Origin: Candidatus Latescibacterota bacterium
GTDB lineage: Bacteria; Latescibacterota; UBA2968; SICM01
Length of the DNA stretch: 64,000 nt
NCBI GenBank assembly: GCA_965217865.1
Contig: CBDCJO010000002.1
Location: 4,800,001 to 4,864,000, forward strand
Direction of reading: 5' to 3'
Positions 22,415 to 31,134 of this stretch are shown here, piece after piece. The stretch's first letter is position 1. Each line of letters begins with the position of its first letter. Both the position numbers and the translations under genes were made by a program. The notes under the pieces were generated by a model. The model had not been told where the DNA came from, searched no databases, and saw only the letters and a list, made by a program, of their open reading frames with translations.

Positions 22415-23431
22415 ATGGATGAGAAGAAAAATAAAGATCTGGAATCCCGGGTCTCGGTATTGGAGCTTGAGCGGGCGGCCATGCTGGATGAGCTTGAGGC
22501 TGTCTATGTTCAGATGGAAGAACATTTGTCCGCTGCAAGGCTTGAACGCGAGATCGCATATCAAGGCTTGAGGGAACGGAACCTGGAGCTGGAGCAACGC
22601 CTTACCGAGCTGAAGAAGGCGCTTCACGATCTCCAGGAGACACAGCAGATGCTGATCCGTTCCGCACGCCTCGCCGCAATGGGCGAGATGGCCGCGGCAA
22701 TGGTTCACGAGGTCAGAAATCCGCTATCCGTTATCATCGGAAGCGCTGAACTTTTAAGGATGGGAGGCGGGGATCCTCAGAAAGATCTGGAACGCCTCCT
22801 GAAAGCGAGCCAATACCTCAGAGACCTATCGCACAATATCCTCCAGTTTTCTCGTCATCATCGAGGGAAGGCCAGCGACCTCGATCTCAATGGCCTTATC
22901 GCTAAACTAGAAGCCCTTGTCAAACCGCTTTTCAAGACTGTGGAGCTTCGATTGGCCCTCAGGGGTGGCCTTCCCCGGGTCCGGGTCGATCCCAACCAGA
23001 TCGAACAGGTCATCATGAACCTGATCCTCAACGCGCTGGACGCGGTGGGAGACAGGGGTCGTATACAGGTGGGAACCGGAACGGGTTCGATCCAAACTGC
23101 GGTGGCGGAAGAGATCCGGACCGGCCGATATTGGGCCCTCGCGGTCGAGACCGACGAGGAGGTCCAGGCCGCAGAATGTGTATATGCAGAGGTTCAGGAC
23201 AATGGACCCGGAATCCACAAAGCTCATATGACCCGTCTCTTTGAATCCTTTTTCACGACAAAAGGTGAGGAAAAGGGGACCGGTCTGGGCCTCTCGATTT
23301 CCAGGACGATCCTGTCGGAGTTGGGGGGGAACATTCTGGTCGCGTCTTCGGAAGGAAGCGGTACGACCTTCAAGGTGTTTTTACCTTGTTTGGAGGATAA
23401 GGACGAGAGTGGAACCGAGCGAGATGAGTAA
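22415..23431 (+). CDS. Cytoplasmic histidine kinase (coiled coil + HisKA + HATPase), no sensor domain
   Basis: H-box HEVRNPL, N-box 'NLILNALDA', 'DNGPGI', 'FFTTK', 'GTGLGL'. Confidence 0.92.
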   Translation: MDEKKNKDLESRVSVLELERAAMLDELEAVYVQMEEHLSAARLEREIAYQGLRERNLELEQRLTELKKALHDLQETQQMLIRSARLAAMGEMAAAMVHEVRNPLSVIIGSAELLRMGGGDPQKDLERLLKASQYLRDLSHNILQFSRHHRGKASDLDLNGLIAKLEALVKPLFKTVELRLALRGGLPRVRVDPNQIEQVIMNLILNALDAVGDRGRIQVGTGTGSIQTAVAEEIRTGRYWALAVETDEEVQAAECVYAEVQDNGPGIHKAHMTRLFESFFTTKGEEKGTGLGLSISRTILSELGGNILVASSEGSGTTFKVFLPCLEDKDESGTERDE

Positions 23432-23975
23432 GCCGGAAAAAAATAAAAGCGTCTTGATTGTCGATAACGATCGGGATGTCAGAGATATCTTGCAAGGGCT
23501 TATCACACACCAGGGTCACGATGTGCTGACCGCCCAGCGGGCTTCGGATGCCGCCAAGATCATCGGCAGCAAGCCCGTCGATCTCCTTCTGCTGGATATT
23601 CGAATGCCGGGGCCTCACGGACATCACCTGCTCACTTATCTGAAGAAAAGAAATAAAAACGTCCCTCCCACGATTGTCGTTTCCGGTTTTCTAGAGGAGG
23701 AATTGATTCCGGAATTGATCCGGTTGGGAGTCAACGGTATCGTTGCCAAACCATTTGACCCCAAACGCCTTTGTGAAGAGATCGGCCTTGCGTTGGAGGG
23801 GGTATCTGAGGAGATTCAGATTTGCGCACAATGTGGTCAGTCCACCAAAGCGGGTGATCGGTTCTGCAGGAGATGCGGTAAAGAGATTGTCTTCAACAGG
23901 AAGTGCAAAAGTTGCGATAAGGAATACCAGGAGGGTGACCTGTTCTGTGGGGGATGTGGATTGAAACTCCGATAA
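23424..23975 (+). CDS. Response regulator receiver fused to a double zinc ribbon
   Basis: ATG at 23424 overlaps the kinase stop. 'LIVDND', 'LLDIRMP', 'KPF'. Four CxxC pairs. Confidence 0.88.
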   Translation: MSKPEKNKSVLIVDNDRDVRDILQGLITHQGHDVLTAQRASDAAKIIGSKPVDLLLLDIRMPGPHGHHLLTYLKKRNKNVPPTIVVSGFLEEELIPELIRLGVNGIVAKPFDPKRLCEEIGLALEGVSEEIQICAQCGQSTKAGDRFCRRCGKEIVFNRKCKSCDKEYQEGDLFCGGCGLKLR

Positions 23976-24010
23976 TGGAGATTGGGGGATCTTTTTATGA
24001 GGATTATCTC

Positions 24011-24307
24011 ATGACATATTGTCCTCGTTGCAGTTCAGAGCACGAACCGGAAGATCTTTACTGTCCTCAGTGCGGGCAGCGACTCTCTTCCTACGATTCA
24101 AAAGAGGGGCCGATCGGCACCCAGAGAACAATGGAGTTGTACGGGGTGCAGTACAGGCTGGGAATCGTATACTTTAAGAAGGGAGACTACGGTCGTGCTT
24201 TGGAGGTATGGGAAAGGGCCCTCAGGGAGCGGCCCAATGACGAGGAACTAAAGAATTTGATCCGGGATGCCAGGAACCGTCAGGATAAGGCGGGAGGTAA
24301 ACCATGA
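24011..24307 (+). CDS. Zinc ribbon + TPR protein
   Basis: 'CPRC...CPQCG', 'YRLGIVYFKKGDYGRALEVWERAL...P'. Confidence 0.8.
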   Translation: MTYCPRCSSEHEPEDLYCPQCGQRLSSYDSKEGPIGTQRTMELYGVQYRLGIVYFKKGDYGRALEVWERALRERPNDEELKNLIRDARNRQDKAGGKP

Positions 24308-24681
24308 TTCTCTGTGTACACTGCGGGAAGCAGAATAAGAACAACAATCAATTTTGTACATCCTGTGGCTCCAGGTTGACCGAAGATGGTTGTCTGGTAG
24401 CACGCCTTGTGATGCTGAGCGAGGAGCGCTCAAGAGAGTATCTTGTCTCGGATGCGGAACGTTTTGTCGGCCGGGATTCCTCCAACGATATCGTCCTCGA
24501 CGATGACAAGGCCTCCGGACGCCATATGAAAGTCGCGTGTGTCGAAGGAGGTTTTTGGGTGGAGGATCTTGGAGCCACAAACGGGACCTACGTGAATGGG
24601 GAAAGAATCCAGGGCCCGACGAAGTTAAAAAATGAAGATCTGGTGAAAGTCGGAAGGACAATTTTCAAGTTTGTCATCTGA
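24304..24681 (+). CDS. Zinc ribbon + FHA domain protein
   Basis: 'CVHCG...FCTSCG'. FHA motifs 'VGR', 'SGRH', 'DLGATNGTYVNG'. Confidence 0.9.
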   Translation: MILCVHCGKQNKNNNQFCTSCGSRLTEDGCLVARLVMLSEERSREYLVSDAERFVGRDSSNDIVLDDDKASGRHMKVACVEGGFWVEDLGATNGTYVNGERIQGPTKLKNEDLVKVGRTIFKFVI

Positions 24682-24747
24682 ATCCGATCGAAAGTTGAAA
24701 GGTCCTAACTTCCTCCGGTTTCCGGAGATTCAGGACAGAGGTGGGAG

Positions 24748-26199
24748 ATGTCCAAGAGCGTAATGGTCATCGATGACGACCCGACGTTGTGCAAATTGCT
24801 CGTTCGAATATTGAGCCAGCTGGATTATCGTATCCGGACAGCCTGCTCCGGGGAGAAAGGCCTTGAGATGTGTGAGGAAGAGATGCCCAATGTGGTCCTT
24901 CTTGACCTCAGCCTTCCGGGGGTTAGCGGAATGGAGACTTTGCGCCGGATCAAGGAGATGGACGGGGCATGCCGGGTGGTGATGATTACGGGCTACGCCA
25001 CGGTCCCATCAGCAGTGGAGGCCATGAAGATCGGAGCGGAGGATTATATAACCAAACCGTTTCTTCATGAGGACCTCCGCGCCCTGGTGGCAGAGCTGGT
25101 TGAACAGTCATCTTCCGGTAAAACGGAAAAGGGAAGGGGGCTGGATTTTATCCTGGGCGAGAGCCCGTCGATGGAAAAGGTCTTTGAGATCATCCATCGT
25201 GTATCTCGGACGTCCGCCACCGTGTTGATCGCAGGGGAGAGCGGTACGAGAAAAGAACTGGTGGCTCAGGCCATTCATCAGAACAGCCAGCAGAAGGATA
25301 AACCGTTCTTGTCGATCAACTCGGCTTCCATTCCTGCCAACCTTCTGGAAGCGGAGTTGTTTGGATATGAAAAAGGCGCATTCACCGATGCGAAAAAACA
25401 GAAGAAGGGTTTGGTTGAGATCGCAGAAAGGGGTTCGCTTTTCCTGGACGAAATCGGACTGATGCCAAAAGACCTGCAGGGAAAGATCCTTACCGTTCTG
25501 GAGACCGGGGGATTTCGACGGTTGGGCGGTACTGAAGAACTCGTATCGGATGCCCGGTTCATCGCTGCGACCAACCGCGACCTGGCTGAGGCCGTTAATA
25601 TTGGAGAGTTCAGGGAGGATCTCTACTATCGTCTGAACGTTATCCCCATCCACATCCCTCCGCTCCGTGAAAGGGGGGACGACATCCTCCTTCTCGCTCG
25701 CCATTTCCTGGAGGAATCGGGCCGGCGCTATGGGGTCCCCTACAGGGGGCTGTCTGCAGAGGCCGAGGCTTTGTTGAAAACCTACCCCTGGGGAGGGAAC
25801 GTACGTGAGCTTAAGAATGTGATCGAACGCGCAGTGTTGTTGACGGATGGTCCCACGATTGACGGACCGAACCTTTCCATCGACCGGCGCGAAAGCCCAT
25901 CCAGCCCAGACCGGATCGAGCCCATCGAGGTCTCGGATGTTGGTTTAATCCGCATCTCCTTCCCGCCCTGGGGGCTCCCTGTGGATGATCTGGAAGCACA
26001 GGTTATAAAAGAGGCCTTGAATCAAACGGAGGGAAATATTTCACGGGCTGCGAAACTTCTGCATCTCAGCCGTTACGCCCTCCGATACCGAATGAAAAAG
26101 GTCCGGAAGGCGGAACTCGCCATTGCCTTTGGAAGACACAAAGGTGCTTATCTTGAAAGATGCCCAACCGGAGAACTGCGTACTTCAAGTACCGGTTAA
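24748..26199 (+). CDS. Sigma54-dependent (NtrC/AtoC family) response regulator
   Basis: REC domain, Walker A variant GESGTRKE, 'ELFGYEKGAFTDA', 'LFLDEIG', 'FREDLYYRLNV', 'WGGNVREL', Fis-type HTH. Confidence 0.92.
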   Translation: MSKSVMVIDDDPTLCKLLVRILSQLDYRIRTACSGEKGLEMCEEEMPNVVLLDLSLPGVSGMETLRRIKEMDGACRVVMITGYATVPSAVEAMKIGAEDYITKPFLHEDLRALVAELVEQSSSGKTEKGRGLDFILGESPSMEKVFEIIHRVSRTSATVLIAGESGTRKELVAQAIHQNSQQKDKPFLSINSASIPANLLEAELFGYEKGAFTDAKKQKKGLVEIAERGSLFLDEIGLMPKDLQGKILTVLETGGFRRLGGTEELVSDARFIAATNRDLAEAVNIGEFREDLYYRLNVIPIHIPPLRERGDDILLLARHFLEESGRRYGVPYRGLSAEAEALLKTYPWGGNVRELKNVIERAVLLTDGPTIDGPNLSIDRRESPSSPDRIEPIEVSDVGLIRISFPPWGLPVDDLEAQVIKEALNQTEGNISRAAKLLHLSRYALRYRMKKVRKAELAIAFGRHKGAYLERCPTGELRTSSTG

Positions 26200-26647
26200 T
26201 CGCAGGATTGGGGAAACGGGAGGATCCTGTACCGGAGCAGGTGATACGGGATCGAACCCAATACGGTTAGTGATCCTAATTTCGGACGACGATGTGGATT
26301 CCTGCATAAGGCATCTGCCAGAAAAGTGCCTGCAGCAGTCTGACGAGTTCTCAAAATAGGGACTACAGGGTAGACCCATAGTCGGGGGGGCCGGTCGGGG
26401 AAGGTCCTGTCTACGCATCTCAAACCAAAGTTGGAGGAAAATTCCAGGGTCGATCATTATAAAAAATCCGTCAGGGATTGATTAAAGGGTATCTCACTGC
26501 AAGGAATATGCATCCACGCGTTGGCGAGAGGATGCGTTTAGAATATTCTCCTGTCGATGCAGGATCAATCCTTTTTCCGTTATCCAACCCTAAAAACGAA
26601 TGTCCCTTTTCCCCAAGGTCTCCACAGTCTTTTTAGGAGGATTTTTG

Positions 26648-27385
26648 ATGTTCGGTAACCATTACAGTCCTAAGAAAGCATTCTGTTTTATGATTACTCT
26701 GGCGGGAATTTTTCTATTCACAGGATGCGGGATTCTGAACCAAAATCCGCTTGCCCCCCCGGCCAGGGCCAAACCTCAGGCGGGAGTGAAGTCCGCTTCG
26801 AACCCGGGTCTTTTTGCGATCACATTCTCCCCCCACGGGTTGAATCCTACAACCCAGGCGACCAAGCCCTCTGGTGGGAGTTTATACACCAAGACGGCTT
26901 CGGGTTGGTTTTCTCCTGAAAGCAGCGGGGAGTTGAAAGTAAAGTTTAAATATGACGGTGATGATGACGACGACGATGGCGATGACATTTTGCGTGTTGA
27001 GAAGGCAAAGTTCAAGGTGGAGGAAGGGTCTATCGATCAGGACGTTGAGATCACGATGACCGTTCAATCCGGAACCACCCTCGAGGATGTCGGGGTCCTG
27101 TTCAGCTCCGCGGGCCAGGAATTTTATCCCTACGCCAAGCTTACTCTCTTTCTGGATGGGGAGCTTGACGAGGAGAATCTCGGTAGTATAAAGGCTTATC
27201 ATATCGAAGGGGATTCGGTAACGGAGCTTTCCGTCAAAATCTCTGAGCGCGATGATGATGAGTGGAAGATCATCGTGGAGGTTCCGGGCTTCTCCCGCTA
27301 CTCTCTGGGCGGCAACGACGCCGAACCCGGTACCGAAGAATGGGAATCAGAGGAATATGCTGAAACCTATGACGGTAGCAATTGA
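26648..27385 (+). CDS. Acidic lipoprotein of unknown function
   Basis: GGAGG before ATG 26648, lipobox 'FTGC', poly-Asp tract, C-terminal 'VEVPGFSRYSLG'. Confidence 0.7.
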   Translation: MFGNHYSPKKAFCFMITLAGIFLFTGCGILNQNPLAPPARAKPQAGVKSASNPGLFAITFSPHGLNPTTQATKPSGGSLYTKTASGWFSPESSGELKVKFKYDGDDDDDDGDDILRVEKAKFKVEEGSIDQDVEITMTVQSGTTLEDVGVLFSSAGQEFYPYAKLTLFLDGELDEENLGSIKAYHIEGDSVTELSVKISERDDDEWKIIVEVPGFSRYSLGGNDAEPGTEEWESEEYAETYDGSN

Positions 27386-27514
27386 GAAGGGTATATATTC
27401 CAAATGGGGTGTCGAATTCTACCATGAAGAATAAACAAAGTCGGGTTAAGGACCTCAAAGGTTATTTCCCTTTTCACAAAAGGTCTTTGGCTGATATCGA
27501 TAAGGAGTATCAAG

Positions 27515-28711
27515 TTGGAATATAATCCAGACATCGAATCCTTGGTACGACAGCTGACCGATTTCAACACAGAGGTGCAGGTTCAGGATCTGCTTAAAGC
27601 CGTCCTGACCGAGCCGATGCCGACCGAGGAGAGACTCCGCCAGATTGAGCGGGCCCTGGAGACCTTCAAAGAATTCGGTGTGTTGGGGAGGGATGATGGG
27701 CAGGACCTCCATCTGCTGTTCAATCTCGGGCATACCTACGAACGGCTTTCTCACCTGGAGAAGGCCCAGGAAATATACCAGACGGCCCTTCCCATCGCCG
27801 AACGGATAAAAGACGAGGGGAGTCGGGCCGCACTGTTAAACCGGGTGGGAAAAGTGCTATCTCGATGGAATCGCTGGAAGGAGGCTTTGGATCACCTGGA
27901 CAGAAGCTTTGAGCTTTACCGGGATTTGGGAGATGAACAGGGTCAAGGTCGCTCTCTGGTGAATAAAGGAATCATTTTTCACGAACAGGGAGATTATGAG
28001 TCCGCTTCTGAAGCTTACCAGATAGCGTTGGATCTCGCTCAGGGAGTCGGCGACAGGAAGACGATAGCCGATTCGAGCAACAACATGGCCGTTCTGGCCT
28101 CGATCCGGGGGGATTTTGATGATGCCATTGCGAGGTATCAAACCTGTCTGACGATGTATCAGGAGGCGAATGACAGCCTCGGATTGGCCCGAACCTATCA
28201 CAATCTGGGTATGACCCACGGGCACAAACGGGATTGGAACGCAGCAATGGATAGCTACGAACGCGGATATGATATCGCACAGGAAAAAGGTCTCCTGGAT
28301 GTGATGGCCAATATCATGTTGAGCCGAGCCGAGCTGCTGCTGGAACTCGGAGATACCGCGATCGCCGCACACTGCTCCGCCCGTGCCCTCGATATCTATA
28401 GAAAAACGGAGGATCACCTCGGCGAGGGGGACTCATATCGGCTGCTTGGCAGGTTGTTTACGGTGCGGGAGCAGTGGACCACAGCCTTAAGCCTGTTCCA
28501 GGACAGTATCCGTTTGAACGAGGAATACTCGAATCCCCTGGGGTTGGCGGAGGCCCATCGGGACATGGGGAGGATGTTCGCGGTCAGGGGACATTCGACG
28601 GAGGCCCGTGAGGCCTATGAGGTGGCCGTATCGGGGTTCCAGCAATTGGGTGCCCAGGCGGATGTGGGACAGGTCGGAAGGCTAATCGAGGAATTGAGCA
28701 ATGCCGGATAA
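27515..28711 (+). CDS. Tetratricopeptide repeat protein (MalT-type TPRs)
   Basis: AAGGAG before TTG start. Repeated TPR units such as 'LARTYHNLGM'. Confidence 0.88.
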   Translation: MEYNPDIESLVRQLTDFNTEVQVQDLLKAVLTEPMPTEERLRQIERALETFKEFGVLGRDDGQDLHLLFNLGHTYERLSHLEKAQEIYQTALPIAERIKDEGSRAALLNRVGKVLSRWNRWKEALDHLDRSFELYRDLGDEQGQGRSLVNKGIIFHEQGDYESASEAYQIALDLAQGVGDRKTIADSSNNMAVLASIRGDFDDAIARYQTCLTMYQEANDSLGLARTYHNLGMTHGHKRDWNAAMDSYERGYDIAQEKGLLDVMANIMLSRAELLLELGDTAIAAHCSARALDIYRKTEDHLGEGDSYRLLGRLFTVREQWTTALSLFQDSIRLNEEYSNPLGLAEAHRDMGRMFAVRGHSTEAREAYEVAVSGFQQLGAQADVGQVGRLIEELSNAG

Positions 28712-28787
28712 GGATGTTTTCCCCCAGGTTTTATGAACCGACTTCGGGATCTTTCGTACGCAAGGTTTATCCTGAACAAAATCGAAC

Positions 28788-28822
28788 AAAAAAGCCCTCG
28801 GTACTTTGCCGAGGGCTTTTTT
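28788..28822. terminator. Bidirectional intrinsic terminator
   Basis: AAAAAAGCCCTCGG-tactttg-CCGAGGGCTTTTTT between convergent genes. Confidence 0.9.
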
Positions 28823-28892
28823 GTTGAATCAGGTTGTTCGTTGTCTGAGTGGGTTAGATTTTGATAAATAAGAAAGTATTATTCCTCACCCC

Positions 28893-29444
28893 TCAATGGT
28901 TGAACAGCGTGACGTTAGGGACATGATTGACCGGAAGGACTTTCAGGGTATCCTGGTGTGGCGGGGAGAGGATGCAGTGGAGGTCTACCTCTTCTTCCTC
29001 CGAAAGCAAGACTTCGGATCCGTTCGGTCCAAGAGCTGATCGGCGGTGATGGCTCACCGTCGCATAGATCGACTCGCATCGATGGACCACCAGAACGTTC
29101 GAACCGGCCATCATGAGTATCCCCTTACGCTCGTTCTGATAATCCGTTTCCAGGGTGTGATTTTGGTAAGCCAGAAACCAGTCACGCCCAATCTGCCTGT
29201 TCATCCACTGATTCCACTGGTCCACGGCACAATCGCGGGCGATCGTGGCCCCGGTCATAGTGCTTTTGTCGGCCTCCGGGAGCCCAAGGGAACCCGCGTG
29301 AGTGAAAAACTGCCATTCCCGGGTCGTGTTCCAGAGGAACGTATAGATATCTTCTTTGTTTGCAGGGCCCACGAGATCGTTGCATCGCATGGCGGTTTCC
29401 CTGTGCTGGTCTACCAAAAAAACTATCAGTTTGGATAGGCAACC
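28893..29444 (-). pseudogene. 3' remnant of an unknown gene truncated by the IS
   Basis: Protein-like 174-aa ORF whose upstream continuation (LPIQTDSF...) needs a 1-nt correction in the A7 run at 29416-29422 and then stops at the IS end. Confidence 0.5.
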
Positions 29445-30979
29445 CTATCAGCCCGTTGAAGAACTACCTTTCAACACACATAAACGGAAAAGACGCCTGG
29501 AGTGCGGGTCGGATAAATCAAGGTAAGGAGATTGAGCAGGAGACGCTGATAAGAGGTTAAAAAGGTGACCGAGGGCAGCAAAGCGTGATTGTAGGACGAG
29601 CAGTAGACGCTGCAAGGCCTTGGCCAGGTCCTGGAGGGCCTTCGGAGTACCTACGCCCATCACTTTGCGCATGAGCAGAGCCAGGTTGCAGCCCCCGATG
29701 TGGATCAGCAAACGCTTGAGGATATTGCCGCGGTCTCTCAAGTGCAACCTGCGCATGCCACCGGTATCATATGTGTGAGCGATGGTTCTTTCCACCCGTT
29801 CTGCACGACTTCGGCGCAAGGCCTTGCCGCGATCTCCCTTGATCCGGCGTCGATTCGCATATACCGCGGCCTGCTCATCTCGTCGGCCGTTCCACTTGCG
29901 GCGTCCCCGATCCGGTTCTGAAATGTAACTCCGGATGCCGCCTTGCTTCAGACTGGTCAATACATCGTTGCTATGATATCCTTTGTCCGCAACCACCTCC
30001 CGTATACGCTGTCTGTGCAAACGCTTAGCAGCTTTTTCGTCCTTCGCGACCTGCTTGAGATTGAGCTGCGCCTCGAGCAGCGTCCAGGACAACGACTCGG
30101 TATCTCCTTCATCTGCTCCCGACAACGCCACTGCCACAATGGCATTGGTGTCCAGATCCACCGCGTGCTCCACCTTGTGCGCCATGTGCGTGCGACCGTC
30201 CTTCATCTTAGCGATCTTGGCATCCGGGTCGTGCGGGTGCTCCCAGTCCTGGTTCGATCCCTTCTTCGGTCGCTTCTTATCGATCTTGGACAAGTCCTCG
30301 CGGGTAGGCGTTTCAATGCCCGAGGCCTTGGCCAGATTCTCAAGGAATGCCTGGTAGCCTTCACCCGTGTCACGGCGTACAATGCTGCGCATCGCGGCGT
30401 TGGCCTCCAGTGTCGTAGCATCCACGCCCAACGTCTTCCCCTTCACCAGACCCGCTTTGCACAAGACCCTCAGGATCCACTTGAAAACCGCTTCGTGAAC
30501 TTCCAAGGGAAGCCGATGCCGGATGCGAGACAGGCTGGAATGATCCGGGGTCTGTTCGTCAAGGGCATACCCCAAAAACCGGCGCAACGTCAGCGAGTCA
30601 GATACACGCCATTCGATCCCACGTTCCGAATCAAGTCCCTCGAAATACCCAATCAAAAGCATCCGAAAATAAACCCCGGGCGGAATGCCCTTGCGACCCA
30701 TATGAGGAGCGTAATACCGCTGGCAAAGCCCTTCGACGAACTCGTCGAACCCGTTCGCCTCCAATACCTGATTCAGCTTCTCGTAGAACGGATGACCCGG
30801 AGATTTCACCAAAGTGTTCGATGCGATGAACAGGTTTTCCTGTCTCTGTCGTCCTCGTTTTCCCATTGCCATTTGCTCGTCCTCCCTTCTCAGTTTGAAC
30901 CTGATATATCATAGGACCAAACCACAAGGAAAGACAACAGTCATCTTGGCATAAACGCACTTTTTCAACAGGCTGTTAG
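29445..30979 (-). mobile_element. Insertion sequence, IS1182/IS5-type DDE element
   Basis: Imperfect terminal IRs CTATCAGCCCGTTGAAGAACT (29445-29465) and CTAACAGCCTGTTGAAAAAGT (reverse complement of 30959-30979) enclose the transposase. Confidence 0.85.
29448..30872 (-). CDS. DDE transposase (DUF772 + DDE_Tnp_1 type)
   Basis: 'GRKGIPP', 'SERGIE', 'PDHSSLSR', 'VDATTLEANA', 'HDPDA', 'ADKGYHS', 'VER'. Confidence 0.93.
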   Translation of the reverse strand: MAMGKRGRQRQENLFIASNTLVKSPGHPFYEKLNQVLEANGFDEFVEGLCQRYYAPHMGRKGIPPGVYFRMLLIGYFEGLDSERGIEWRVSDSLTLRRFLGYALDEQTPDHSSLSRIRHRLPLEVHEAVFKWILRVLCKAGLVKGKTLGVDATTLEANAAMRSIVRRDTGEGYQAFLENLAKASGIETPTREDLSKIDKKRPKKGSNQDWEHPHDPDAKIAKMKDGRTHMAHKVEHAVDLDTNAIVAVALSGADEGDTESLSWTLLEAQLNLKQVAKDEKAAKRLHRQRIREVVADKGYHSNDVLTSLKQGGIRSYISEPDRGRRKWNGRRDEQAAVYANRRRIKGDRGKALRRSRAERVERTIAHTYDTGGMRRLHLRDRGNILKRLLIHIGGCNLALLMRKVMGVGTPKALQDLAKALQRLLLVLQSRFAALGHLFNLLSASPAQSPYLDLSDPHSRRLFRLCVLKGSSSTG

Positions 30980-31134
30980 GAACGGATTAGAAAAAAGTCA
31001 AACTTACCGACAAGTTTTCTTCTATTTATATTATCGGCAGATAAAAAGAGACTTGACCGAAAAATTCAGATGGTTAACTTCGTGAAACCGTGCTTTTGGA
31101 TTAAACGTTGGCTCTTAGAGAATGGGCGTGCTGA

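Noticed and set aside
26521-26536. Possible sigma54 promoter TTGGCGAGAGGATGC upstream of the lipoprotein
   Set aside because: GG-to-GC spacing is 9 nt rather than the required 10. Worth rechecking only if an indel error is shown.
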